This document shows positions 9,723 to 19,539 of a DNA stretch of 64,000 nucleotides, one piece after another; within the stretch, counting starts at the first letter, position 1; each line of letters begins with the position of its first letter. The notes beneath the pieces were generated by a model, which worked only from the letters and a program-made list of their open reading frames with translations, was not told the DNA's origin and searched no databases. A program made the translations under genes and the position numbers. Source of the stretch: Sodaliphilus sp. (lineage in GTDB: Bacteria; Bacteroidota; Bacteroidia; Bacteroidales; Muribaculaceae); the NCBI GenBank assembly GCA_045114435.1, contig JBGUKK010000127.1:10533-74532 (forward strand), written 5' to 3'.

Positions 9723-11984
9723 ATGAATGGCGACAAGATAATCATCAAGGGGGCCAGGGAGAACAACCTCAAGGAAGTCTCTCTCGAGATTCCCAAGCAT
9801 CAGATCACAGTGTTCACGGGCGTTTCGGGTTCGGGCAAGAGTTCGCTCGTGCTCGACACCATCGCGGCCAAGTCGCGCCGGGAATTGAATGACACCTTCC
9901 CGTCGTTCGTCCAGCAATACCTGCCCAAGTATGGACGTCCCCATGTGGATGCTATCGAGAATCTACCCATCGCCATCGTCATCGACCAGAAGAAACCCGC
10001 CCAGAACTCGCGCTCGACCGTAGCGACCTACACCGACATCGCCGCCCTGCTGCGCCTGCTGTTCTCCAGGGTGGGTCAGCCCTTCGTGGGCTATGCCGAG
10101 TCGTTCAGCTTCAACCACCCCGAGGGCAGCTGTCCACGCTGCTCAGGGCTGGGCGAAATACGCGAACTCGACATCCACAAGCTGGTGGACTTTGACAAGA
10201 GCCTCAACGACGAGGACACAATCCACTACATCGCCTTCGGCAAGGGCGGCTGGCGCTGGATACGCTACGCCCACAGTGGCCTGTTCGACCTGGACAAGAA
10301 AATCAAGGACTACAGCCCCGAGGAGCTCGACCTGTTCCTCAACAGCCCTCAGATCAGGCTGAAGAACCCGCCTGCCAACTGGCCGAAATCGGCCAAGTAT
10401 GAGGGCCTCATCCCACGCATGTACCGCAGCATCATCAACAGCGAGGAGGGCCTGCTGCATGCGGCCGTGCTCAACCCGATGCTCAACATGGGCGTCTGTC
10501 CGGACTGCCACGGCACGCGCCTGAGTCCGCGTGTGCTCTCGTGCAAGATTGAGGGCATCAACATCGCCGACGCCTGTGCCATGTCCATCACGCGCCTCAA
10601 CCAGTGGGTCAAGGCGCTCACCTCGCCGCTGGCCGTCGATATCAAGCAGGCCATCAGTGCCAGGCTGACGGCGCTCGAGGAAATCGGCCTGGGCTACCTC
10701 AGTCTGGAACGCGGCGTGGGCACCCTGTCGGGCGGTGAGGCCCAGCGCTGCAAAATCGCCAAATACATCAACTCGTCGCTGGCCGACGTGCTCTATATCC
10801 TGGACGAGCCCAGCACGGGCCTTCACGACCACGACATCGAGAAGATGAAACACTCGGTGCGACGCCTGCGTGACGCGGGCAACACCGTCCTGCTTGTCGA
10901 GCATCACCGCGAGATGATCGGTATCGCCGACCACATCGTGGACCTGGGTCCCGGACCGGGTAGCCAGGGCGGCCGCATCATCTTCGAGGGCAATTACCAG
11001 GAGTTGCTCCACAGCGGCACCAGCACGGGAGAGATGCTCAGCCGTCGCGGCGACTTCAAGGCGCAGCCGCGTGAGGTGAAGGAGACTTTCGCCCTGCGCC
11101 ACGCCACCCTGCACAACCTCAAGGACGTCTCCATCGACCTGCCCATGGGCGTGCTGACCGTCGTGGCCGGTGTGGCCGGTTCGGGCAAGAGTTCGCTGAT
11201 GGAGTGTTTCCGCCGCGAGCACGGCGGCGTCATCTACATCAGCCAGAAGAACATCGGCGTGAGCCTGCGCTCCACCCCGGCGACCTACATGGACGTCGCC
11301 CCCGACATCCGCAAGCGTTTTGCCCGTGCCCACAAGATCAAGGAGCAATACTTCACCTTCAATGGCAAGGGCGGTTGCCCCGTGTGCGGCGGAAAGGGTG
11401 TGATTATCGCCGAGATGGCCTTCATGGACAACATCGAGACCGTCTGCGAGGCCTGCCACGGCCTGCGCTACAGCCCCGAGGCCTTGCAATATACCATCGA
11501 TGGACTCAACATCGCCCAGGTCATGGATCTGTCGGTGAGACGCGCCAGCGAGTTCTTCAAGGGCACCGTCATCGAGGAAAAACTGAAGCCGATGATGGAC
11601 GTCGGTCTGCACTACCTGCACCTCAACCAGGCCCTGAGCACCCTCTCGGGCGGCGAGTTGCAACGCTTGAAGATGGCCTCCTGCCTCAAGCAATACACCA
11701 TGCCCATTGACCAGGGCGGCCAGCGCGGCGTCTTTGTCATCGATGAGCCCACCGACGGCCTTCACCTCAAGGACGTGCGCCACCTCATCGACCTGTTCGA
11801 GCAGATGGTGGACATGGGCAACACCATCTATGTCATCGAACACAACACCGACGTCATCAAGGCTGCCGACCACGTCATCGAGCTTGGCCCCGGCGCCGGC
11901 GACCTGGGCGGCACCATCATCTACCAGGGCACGCCACGCGGCATGCTCACCAGCCCTGCCAGCGTCACCGCCCCCTACCTGTAA
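9723..11984 (+). CDS. UvrA-like ABC ATPase (short class II / DrrC-like)
   Basis: Two Walker A motifs (GVSGSGKSS, GVAGSGKSS), LSGGEAQR and LSGGELQR signatures, CxxC pairs; 753 aa, shorter than canonical UvrA. Confidence 0.88.
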   Translation: MNGDKIIIKGARENNLKEVSLEIPKHQITVFTGVSGSGKSSLVLDTIAAKSRRELNDTFPSFVQQYLPKYGRPHVDAIENLPIAIVIDQKKPAQNSRSTVATYTDIAALLRLLFSRVGQPFVGYAESFSFNHPEGSCPRCSGLGEIRELDIHKLVDFDKSLNDEDTIHYIAFGKGGWRWIRYAHSGLFDLDKKIKDYSPEELDLFLNSPQIRLKNPPANWPKSAKYEGLIPRMYRSIINSEEGLLHAAVLNPMLNMGVCPDCHGTRLSPRVLSCKIEGINIADACAMSITRLNQWVKALTSPLAVDIKQAISARLTALEEIGLGYLSLERGVGTLSGGEAQRCKIAKYINSSLADVLYILDEPSTGLHDHDIEKMKHSVRRLRDAGNTVLLVEHHREMIGIADHIVDLGPGPGSQGGRIIFEGNYQELLHSGTSTGEMLSRRGDFKAQPREVKETFALRHATLHNLKDVSIDLPMGVLTVVAGVAGSGKSSLMECFRREHGGVIYISQKNIGVSLRSTPATYMDVAPDIRKRFARAHKIKEQYFTFNGKGGCPVCGGKGVIIAEMAFMDNIETVCEACHGLRYSPEALQYTIDGLNIAQVMDLSVRRASEFFKGTVIEEKLKPMMDVGLHYLHLNQALSTLSGGELQRLKMASCLKQYTMPIDQGGQRGVFVIDEPTDGLHLKDVRHLIDLFEQMVDMGNTIYVIEHNTDVIKAADHVIELGPGAGDLGGTIIYQGTPRGMLTSPASVTAPYL

Positions 11985-12202
11985 AACTACGAATCACGCG
12001 ATTCTAACAAAGGCATCCACCCCCAGTTTCAGACAACACGGACAACACCCTCGACAACCATAACAACATGGCCGTCAACCCTCCCATGCCCTAGCATAAA
12101 AAGAAAAACAAGAATTACAAGCAGCCCTATCAATGTGCAAACGTGTAAATTTAGGGAAATTTTTCTCGAGTAGAAAAGTTTGTTGTACCTTTGTTGTTTG
12201 GT

Positions 12203-13222
12203 ATGGAAGAAGAATTTGATATCAGAAGGGAGTCGTTGAAGACCGATCAGGACTTTGAACGGGCGTTGAGGCCGGTGAGGTTTGAGGACTTTGCCGGGCA
12301 GGACAAGATTATCGAGAACCTGCGGGTGTTTGTCGCTGCGGCCAAGCTGCGTGGCGAGTCGCTGGACCATGTATTGTTCCACGGGCCTCCGGGCTTGGGC
12401 AAGACGACGTTGAGCAACATCATCGCCAATGAGCTGGGGGTGGGCTTCAAGGTGACGTCGGGTCCCGTGCTGGATAAGCCTGGTGATCTGGCGGGCCTGC
12501 TAACGTCGCTCGAGGAGAACGACGTGCTGTTCATCGACGAGATCCACCGCTTGAGCCCCATCGTGGAGGAATACCTCTACAGCGCGATGGAGGACTACCG
12601 CATCGACATCATGATTGACAAGGGTCCCGGGGCACGCTCGGTGCAGCTGACGCTGGCGCCGTTCACACTCATCGGGGCGACGACGCGCAGCGGCCTGCTG
12701 ACCTCTCCGCTGAGGGCTCGCTTCGGTATCAACTGCCACCTGGAGTACTACGACCACAAGGTGCTTGAGGGTATCATCCGCCGCTCGGCACGCCTGCTGG
12801 CAGTGCCCATCGACGACAAGGCGGCCACCGAGATTGCCCTGCGCAGCCGTGGCACGCCTCGCATCGCCAACTCGCTGCTGCGCCGAGTGCGCGACTTCGC
12901 CCAGGTGAAGGGCAGCGGCCGCATTGATCTGGACATCGCGCGCTACGCCCTGGAGGCGCTCAACATCGACAAATATGGCTTGGACGAGATTGACAACAAG
13001 ATTCTGTTGACCATCATCGACAAGTTCGGCGGCGGCCCCGTGGGCCTGAACACCATTGCCACAGCGATGAACGAGGACCCAGGGACCATCGAGGAGGTTT
13101 ACGAGCCTTACCTGATCAAGGAGGGCTTCATCAACCGCACGCCCCGCGGCCGTGAAGCGACTACGCTGGCCTATAACCACCTGAAGCGCGAGCGTCCCGG
13201 CGAGGTGGGATCGATTTTTTGA
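12203..13222 (+). CDS. ruvB: Holliday junction branch migration helicase RuvB
   Basis: [39 protein letters not shown]; ATG 12203 preferred because the TTG at 12191 overlaps a TACCTTTG promoter element. Confidence 0.97.
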   Translation: MEEEFDIRRESLKTDQDFERALRPVRFEDFAGQDKIIENLRVFVAAAKLRGESLDHVLFHGPPGLGKTTLSNIIANELGVGFKVTSGPVLDKPGDLAGLLTSLEENDVLFIDEIHRLSPIVEEYLYSAMEDYRIDIMIDKGPGARSVQLTLAPFTLIGATTRSGLLTSPLRARFGINCHLEYYDHKVLEGIIRRSARLLAVPIDDKAATEIALRSRGTPRIANSLLRRVRDFAQVKGSGRIDLDIARYALEALNIDKYGLDEIDNKILLTIIDKFGGGPVGLNTIATAMNEDPGTIEEVYEPYLIKEGFINRTPRGREATTLAYNHLKRERPGEVGSIF

Positions 13223-13245
13223 AACAGTTATCGGCTAAGAGAGAA

Positions 13246-14742
13246 ATGGCTAACTTGAAATCACTGGCAAAAGACACTGCCATCTATGGGCTGAGCAGCA
13301 TCATCGGGCGTTTCCTGAACTACCTGCTCGTGCCGTTATACACCGCCAAGCTGTCGGCCGCATCGGGCGGATATGGCATCATCACCAACGTGTATGCCTA
13401 CACAGCGCTACTGCTTGTCATCCTCACCTACGGCATGGAGACGACTTTCTTCCGCTTTGCCAACAAGAGCGAGGAGAATCCCGGCACCGTCTATAGCACG
13501 ACGCTCATCAGCGTGGGCACCACCTCGCTGCTGTTTGTCCTGCTGGTGCTCGCCTTCCTGCCCGGCATTGCGGGCTGGATGGGCTACAGTGCCCATCCCG
13601 AGTACGTCTGGGTGATGGCAGCGGTGGTGGCTCTTGATGCCTTCCAGTGCATCCCGTTTGCTTACCTGCGCTACCAGCGCAAGCCGTGGAAGTTTGCGGC
13701 CCTCAAGTTGCTGTTCATCTTCCTGAACATCGGCTTGAACCTGCTCTACTTCGTTGTCCTGCCAGCCCTCTACAAGAGCCATCCTGAGGTGGTGAGCATG
13801 GTCTATGATCCCAGCGTGGGCGTGGGTTATGCCTTCTTCATCAACCTGGCTTGCACGGGACTGATCACCTTCGGCTTCTGGAAGGAGCTGACGGGCATCC
13901 GCTACACGTTTGACTGGTCGCTGCTGAAACGCATGCTGTCCTACAGCTGGCCCATCCTGGTGCTGGGCATCGCCGGCATCCTGAACCAGACGTTCGACAA
14001 GATGATGTTTCCCAAGATCTACGGAGATCATCCCGACACCGAGTCGCAGCTGGGCATCTATGGTGCGGCAGTCAAGATTGCCATGATCATGGCACTAATC
14101 ACGCAGGCCTTCCGCTACGCCTACGAGCCCTTCGTCTTCGGCAAGAGCCAGGAGAAGGACAACCGCGAAACCTATGCCCAGGCGATGCGTTATTTCATCA
14201 TCTTCACGCTGCTGGCTTTCCTGGCCGTGATGGCGTGGATTGATGTGTTCAAGTACATCATCGCGCCTGACTACTGGTCGGGCCTGAAGGTCGTTCCCAT
14301 CGTCATGGCCGCCGAGATCATGATGGGCATCTACTTCAACCTGAGTTTCTGGTACAAACTGATTGACAAGACCATCTGGGGCGCATGGTTCTCGGGCATC
14401 GGGTGCGCCGTGCTCATCCTCGTCAACGTGCTGTTCGTGCCCAAGTACGGCTACATGGCATGTGCATGGGGAGGCTTTGCCGGCTATGGCACGGCGATGG
14501 TGCTGAGCTACCTCGTGGGGCAAAAGCACTACCCCATCAACTACCCGTTGCGCGACATCCTGCTCTACACCGTGGTGGCCATCATCCTGTATGCCGCCAT
14601 GATGCTGCCCATCGAGAACACATGGCTCGCACTGGCCTACCGCACGGTGCTGCTGATGCTGTTCTTGGGGCTTATCTACCGCAAGGAGCACCTGGGGCAG
14701 ATGCTGGCCAAGGCTCCCGTTATCGGATGGTTCTTCAGGTGA
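13246..14742 (+). CDS. Polysaccharide biosynthesis / MATE-like (Wzx-type) flippase
   Basis: LAKDTAIYGLSSIIGRFLNYLLVPLYT, YGMETTFFRF, AFRYAYEPF; many TM helices; ATG 13246 preferred. Confidence 0.85.
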   Translation: MANLKSLAKDTAIYGLSSIIGRFLNYLLVPLYTAKLSAASGGYGIITNVYAYTALLLVILTYGMETTFFRFANKSEENPGTVYSTTLISVGTTSLLFVLLVLAFLPGIAGWMGYSAHPEYVWVMAAVVALDAFQCIPFAYLRYQRKPWKFAALKLLFIFLNIGLNLLYFVVLPALYKSHPEVVSMVYDPSVGVGYAFFINLACTGLITFGFWKELTGIRYTFDWSLLKRMLSYSWPILVLGIAGILNQTFDKMMFPKIYGDHPDTESQLGIYGAAVKIAMIMALITQAFRYAYEPFVFGKSQEKDNRETYAQAMRYFIIFTLLAFLAVMAWIDVFKYIIAPDYWSGLKVVPIVMAAEIMMGIYFNLSFWYKLIDKTIWGAWFSGIGCAVLILVNVLFVPKYGYMACAWGGFAGYGTAMVLSYLVGQKHYPINYPLRDILLYTVVAIILYAAMMLPIENTWLALAYRTVLLMLFLGLIYRKEHLGQMLAKAPVIGWFFR

Positions 14743-14762
14743 GGTCCCGGCATAACGAGCAG

Positions 14763-14852
14763 AACGGGGCTGTGTCATCATTCGAGCCTAGAACAGGGAT
14801 CGTGCTAACGCACAATTAAGAACCTGCAACGAAATGATGACACAGCCTCGTT
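14763..14852. repeat. 22-23-bp imperfect inverted repeat with 45-nt spacer between convergent genes
   Basis: AACGGGGCTGTGTCATCATTCG (14763-14784) / CGAAATGATGACACAGCCTCGTT (14830-14852). Confidence 0.75.
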
Positions 14853-14872
14853 TTACTATCGACGGCAGTGGC

Positions 14873-17389
14873 TTAATGCGAGAGTATGCTGTCGATGATG
14901 ATGTTGACATCAGCGAGATTCACCTCGCCGTCACCGTTCACATCGCCGGGGATGCGCTCGGTCGTGCCGTGACGTGCTATCCTGACGGGATACAGCTCAC
15001 GCTGCCCATTGTAGATGGTCAGGAAACCGTCCACATCATAGGTGGCGGTGAAGTCAAGGTCATCAGTGGGCAAGGTGACCGACCGACTGGCCGCAGCGCC
15101 ACCCGTGAGAATCAATGAAATCTCGTGATTGACATCGGCCAGGCCCACCTCACCGTCACCGTTCACGTCGCAGGGCTCTGCCGTGTCAAGAACAATGGGG
15201 AACTTGCCGAACACCAGGATTTCGTCGGTCTCATCGCCGATGTAGATGTTGCCGTCGGCGCCCTGCCTGAACGTCACGTTCTCGAAGCGCAGATACCAGT
15301 GGCACATGTCCTGAGCGACATCCTCGATGTTCATCACCTCGGGCACCACAGGGTCAGTCTTGCCAACGAGCGTCCATTCACCTTGAGGAATGAGTCCGAA
15401 GATGTGATCATTGCCATAGATGGCCAAGGTGACCTTACCGACGATGTAATCTCCATTCTGGAACGGTCCGCCGACGCCATTGCCAAACATCAAGCCATAG
15501 TCACCGCAAGAGTCTTTCACGTAGAGGTTGTCGCCTTGCTGATAAATGACCGTCAACGGGCACTCGAACTCATAGACCTGTCCAGAATGCTCGTCTGCCA
15601 AATCGCTTATGCAGCACACCTTGGGTACTGGCGGCACATAGTCGGTCCAGATGATATACAGGGCATAACCGGGATTGGACATGCCATAGGAAACAACAAT
15701 GGCACGCACGGTGTACAGGCCGTCTGGATCAACAGTGTAAGGCAGTTGGGGCGCATAGGGTATGGAATTGCCGTTCATGTCGATGACCAACTGATGTTCC
15801 TGATCGATCCTCACATGGCGCAGCTCCACATAGTGGGCCCACAGATTCATTTTCACCTGTGGTATTGTAACCAACTGCGGGTTGACCACCTCGCTGCGGG
15901 AAGCGGGCTGGAATCCGAAGAGCTGCGACAACTCGGGAAAACCGTTATAAGTTGTCTTAGTGCCGCCCCATCCTGGCGGAATCACGTCGCCCAGGGAGTA
16001 GGTCTGTCCCGTCGGGCCATAGAGCAGGCCATAGCATGACTCGCCATCCTTGACATAGAGGTAGTTCCCCACCTGATGTAATGCAATGATCTCGTGGGCG
16101 AACGTGACCGTCACATTGTCCTCCAGTCCATACACGTCACACAACGTGGGCTCATACCAGCTCGCCAGGCTAACGGGCAACAACTGATAAATGACCTCGC
16201 CCTCCCTGGGCTTATAGGACCCGACGATGGCCTCGACATCATAGGTGGCCGATAGCATGGCCGGTGCACTCACGCCCATCGTGCCGAAATAGACGGGACA
16301 CACATCACCGTTTTCATCCATCAGGGAGTAGGTCCTGCCATCCTCATCCAGCATGAAGGTGGCGCCATCGATGCGCACAAGCTGGGCAAACATGGCATGA
16401 GACACATCACCAGCACCAATCGTCACGGGCGACACCGGCACGTTGTCGGTAGCCGGTTGGAAATTGCCCAGATGATTCAGCTCGGGTTCGCCGCTGTAGA
16501 TGTCCTTCTCGCCAGTGAAACCCGGAGGAATCACATCGCCTCGCCGATAGGTCTGACCAGTATAGCCATAGAAGAACGCATAGCCCGATTCGTCCTTGAC
16601 ATACAGGTAATTCTTGTTCTGGGCCAGCACGATAACCGGGTTAGAGAAACGCACGGCAGTGCCTTCGGGGAGACGCTGGAAAGCTGCGATATCGGTGACA
16701 ACGTGTAATGTCATGAACTGGTAAGTGGCTGCAACCACCTCGCTCACCTCACCGTCAAGCATGGAGACGGCCTTGAGCGTCATGTCGCTGTTCACAACGA
16801 TGGGAGTGCCTGGCAGGTACTCGGGTGAATCCTCATCGGGGTCGCTGCCGTCGGTCGTATAGCGGATGGTGGCTCCCGCTGTGGAACAAGTGATGAAAGC
16901 CTCAAACGGCTCATAATACACACCCGAGGATGGCGTGATGACCGGTGCGGCCAGGTAGGCATCATCATCGATGGTGACGACGACCCTGGTGAGACGCACC
17001 TGACTGTTTGCGGCAGTGAACGTGACACACGTGGCACGTCCTTGCCAGTTGCCGACCTTGCCTTGGATGCTGTATTCACCAGCATTGGCGACAAAGCCGC
17101 CAGGGCCGTAGCGATTGTCGCCCTCGGCAGTGCATTGAAACTCAATCGAGACGATGTCTCCTGTCTTGGTACAGACGGTGAGCGTCTGATTCTTGTAAAC
17201 GCGGTATTGACTCCCGTCGGCAAGGCCGTTGCTGAAAGAGAGACTCACGCCCTCCTTGACAATCGTGAAGGCACTGGCACCGAGAGTGACATCGCCATCC
17301 TGGGATGGGTCGAAGACCACAACACGCAGTCCCGCCCAAGAAACAGCGGCCGCCAGCGACAAGAGCAAAACTGTAAAAAACCTTTTCAT
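14873..17389 (-). CDS. Secreted protein: N-terminal beta-sandwich, CHB_HEX_C/Fn3-like domain, three OB-fold-like repeats, split dockerin
   Basis: Signal peptide; TIRYTTDGSDP; three YLYVKD-type repeats; two DVNGDGEVxLADVN segments separated by OB-domain sequence. Confidence 0.8.
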   Translation of the reverse strand: MKRFFTVLLLSLAAAVSWAGLRVVVFDPSQDGDVTLGASAFTIVKEGVSLSFSNGLADGSQYRVYKNQTLTVCTKTGDIVSIEFQCTAEGDNRYGPGGFVANAGEYSIQGKVGNWQGRATCVTFTAANSQVRLTRVVVTIDDDAYLAAPVITPSSGVYYEPFEAFITCSTAGATIRYTTDGSDPDEDSPEYLPGTPIVVNSDMTLKAVSMLDGEVSEVVAATYQFMTLHVVTDIAAFQRLPEGTAVRFSNPVIVLAQNKNYLYVKDESGYAFFYGYTGQTYRRGDVIPPGFTGEKDIYSGEPELNHLGNFQPATDNVPVSPVTIGAGDVSHAMFAQLVRIDGATFMLDEDGRTYSLMDENGDVCPVYFGTMGVSAPAMLSATYDVEAIVGSYKPREGEVIYQLLPVSLASWYEPTLCDVYGLEDNVTVTFAHEIIALHQVGNYLYVKDGESCYGLLYGPTGQTYSLGDVIPPGWGGTKTTYNGFPELSQLFGFQPASRSEVVNPQLVTIPQVKMNLWAHYVELRHVRIDQEHQLVIDMNGNSIPYAPQLPYTVDPDGLYTVRAIVVSYGMSNPGYALYIIWTDYVPPVPKVCCISDLADEHSGQVYEFECPLTVIYQQGDNLYVKDSCGDYGLMFGNGVGGPFQNGDYIVGKVTLAIYGNDHIFGLIPQGEWTLVGKTDPVVPEVMNIEDVAQDMCHWYLRFENVTFRQGADGNIYIGDETDEILVFGKFPIVLDTAEPCDVNGDGEVGLADVNHEISLILTGGAAASRSVTLPTDDLDFTATYDVDGFLTIYNGQRELYPVRIARHGTTERIPGDVNGDGEVNLADVNIIIDSILSH

Positions 17390-17419
17390 TGTTGACAGAA
17401 TAACAAAGAAGACAATGGT

Positions 17420-18850
17420 CTATTGAACCCCAAAGCGGACATTATCGAGGCACCAGGTGCCGTAATTGACGTCCTGGGTGGCATAGTAACGGAAACCGAT
17501 ATAGTAGCAGCCGTCGGCCCATTGGCTCAGGTCAACGTTGCCGCTCTCGGTGACATCACTGTAGGTGCCCGTGGAAGGCCGGGTTGCCAAGACGGGGTTC
17601 AACTTGGTCTTCACGGTGGCAGCCGTCGGGTCTGCCGAATCAAGGATATAGACCTCAAACGTGGTGGTCGTGCTGTTGTAAGGGGCCACCTGGGTGGTGA
17701 AGGTCAGCACCCTGTTGGCGGCATTCTTGAGGTCGATGGCAGGCGTGATGAGCCAGGCGTCGAAGGGTGGCTGCTGACCCTTGTAACCCGTCACAGCGGC
17801 ATAACCGTTGCCCTGATATGAGGTGTGGTACCAACCCTTGTCGCCACTGACAACGACTTGTCGCCAGGTGTCGGGCAGCGAGTCTTCAAAATCCTCTTCC
17901 AACATGGTGACGGCATCGGGTTCGGGTGGTGTCTGGACAACAGTCACATCGTTGATGTCGCGCAGGTACAGCTGCCAAGTGGTGTTGTACATGCCTATCA
18001 AGCCGACAACATCAACTGGCCCGGTGGGCAGCGGTCTTGTGGCAAAGTCGGCAAAATTGCTGTTGCGCACAACCAGGGTATTGCCGTTCTGGTCCTGAAT
18101 GGTGCGGTTGATTGAGCCATTGGCGCCGGCATAGGTCTCCGTGCCGTCGGCCTCGGTAAAAATGACATTCTTGATGCGCACGAGACGGCCCTGATACTTG
18201 AGCAGGGTCGCACTGTCCTGGCCGTGCAGGTCGCGCAGATCGATGTCAACCGGCTGGACCTCGGCGCGCGTGGCATCGGGAGTGCCGTTAAGTTCGACCA
18301 GCTCATTCCACAGGGCGGCTGGCATGAAGCCGGCTTCCCAGGTTTCTAGGCCTTGATACCACTGGGGATAACCCAGCTGCTGCATGCCGTTATACTTGCC
18401 CACAAAATAACCCTTCATGGGCAGCACGATTTCCTGCCCGATGGGATAGACCTTATACAGGTTGATGACGTTCAGGCTGATAGCAAGGCCTGCCCCCGAC
18501 TCGTCGGCGATATACAGGGTCTTGTAGATGTTACCGCTCTGGTCGCTGCTTGTCACCCAGCCGTGGATGACCTCATCCTCGGTCACCGTGTCGATGTAGT
18601 TCCTGCCATCCTGCCAGTGTTTAGCCTTGAAGTCGGCAATGGTCATGTTGGGGGTGTGGGAGGCCACGGGGTCGGTGTCATCGGCCGGCTGGCCTCTCAG
18701 GATAACATCAACAAGCACATTCAAGTCGGCAACGTTGACCTCACCGTCCTTATTAAGGTCTCCGAACAGCTCGCGGTCGCGGTTGTCGGTACTGCCCATT
18801 GCCAGGATGAGCGACATCACACATAGTAGAGAGATTGTAAAGCGTTTCAT
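17420..18850 (-). CDS. Secreted protein: single N-terminal dockerin segment, DUF5689-like OB-fold pair, choice-of-anchor-J/DUF5017-like C-terminal domain
   Basis: GDLNKDGEVNVADLN; TIADFKAK...GWVTSSDQSGNIYKTLYIAD; LEEDFE...DAWLITPAIDL...WCLDNV. Confidence 0.75.
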   Translation of the reverse strand: MKRFTISLLCVMSLILAMGSTDNRDRELFGDLNKDGEVNVADLNVLVDVILRGQPADDTDPVASHTPNMTIADFKAKHWQDGRNYIDTVTEDEVIHGWVTSSDQSGNIYKTLYIADESGAGLAISLNVINLYKVYPIGQEIVLPMKGYFVGKYNGMQQLGYPQWYQGLETWEAGFMPAALWNELVELNGTPDATRAEVQPVDIDLRDLHGQDSATLLKYQGRLVRIKNVIFTEADGTETYAGANGSINRTIQDQNGNTLVVRNSNFADFATRPLPTGPVDVVGLIGMYNTTWQLYLRDINDVTVVQTPPEPDAVTMLEEDFEDSLPDTWRQVVVSGDKGWYHTSYQGNGYAAVTGYKGQQPPFDAWLITPAIDLKNAANRVLTFTTQVAPYNSTTTTFEVYILDSADPTAATVKTKLNPVLATRPSTGTYSDVTESGNVDLSQWADGCYYIGFRYYATQDVNYGTWCLDNVRFGVQ

Positions 18851-19020
18851 TGAAATGGATAAAAAATTGGTGAATGAAATCGGGTCCTATAATACTTTTT
18901 TCGGGAGGCCGGCACAATGGCATGAACCCGGCAAAGCCACTTGCCCCGGCCTGCATATAGTAATGGTGTTGATGTGAAAATCGCCGCAAGTGGGGCAGGC
19001 AACGCCCTGCAACGGCCAAT

Positions 19021-19065
19021 AAAAAAAAGACAGCGCAGGAACCGGTTCATTCGGCCTCGCGCTGT
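19021..19065 (-). terminator. Intrinsic terminator on the minus strand between two dockerin genes
   Basis: Minus strand ACAGCGCGAGG...CCTGCGCTGT followed by C and T8. Confidence 0.7.
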
Positions 19066-19249
19066 GATGGGTCGGGCATCGGACTCTTTGCCCCCTTTGT
19101 TACGGGCGCACCAGGAGCCGAGATGATGGAGCACTGCCGCGTGCAACGACGGGCAGACAGTGCATATGATACTCAAACACCTCGACGTGCGGTATTTGTT
19201 CCTGGGGCGATACATCTATAATTAAACAGATTTAATTGGATATTGAGCA

Positions 19250-19277
19250 CAAAATTACTGTTTCATTCCCAAAAGTA
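19250..19277 (-). promoter_or_regulatory. Two tandem -7 elements in an AT-rich region
   Basis: Minus-strand TACTTTTG (19270-19277) and TAATTTTG (19250-19257). Confidence 0.5.
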
Positions 19278-19339
19278 CAAATTCTTTAACTTTTATTGAA
19301 TATTTTTCTATTATCCGGTTACTGTTTGGCACAACTACC

Positions 19340-19453
19340 TGAAACTGAATCTCACGCCCTATAACGCCGAGTCGCTAAGGGTTGTTTCTTGCTCGCAAGA
19401 GGCTTGCATAGTGTGCGTCCACATAATCCTCACACTTCAGCTTGAGGCTCATG
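19340..19453. repeat. Dispersed degenerate element, copy A
   Basis: TGAAACTGAATCTCAC...GTCGCTAAG...GAGGCTCATG, shared with 26751-26873. Confidence 0.65.
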
Positions 19454-19539
19454 GGCAAAACAATTACCGGCAGTGGAGCCAGATATAGTGGCTCCGCTGC
19501 CGGTATAGAGGAATTCGGGAAATGTTTTCCCCGGGATTT

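Noticed and set aside
7515-9944. 809-aa minus-strand ORF opposite the prolyl oligopeptidase
   Set aside because: Antisense shadow produced by GC-rich codon bias; no recognisable motifs, and the plus-strand gene is unambiguous
10143-11873. 576-aa minus-strand ORF opposite the UvrA-like gene
   Set aside because: Antisense shadow of a well-supported gene
19070-19130. GGGGGCAAAG segment as a possible c-di-GMP-I riboswitch
   Set aside because: Lacks the paired GAAA tetraloop/receptor and second-stem consensus
18847-19215. 122-aa minus-strand ORF upstream of the DUF5689-like gene
   Set aside because: Atypical composition, and it spans a strong terminator; treated as non-coding
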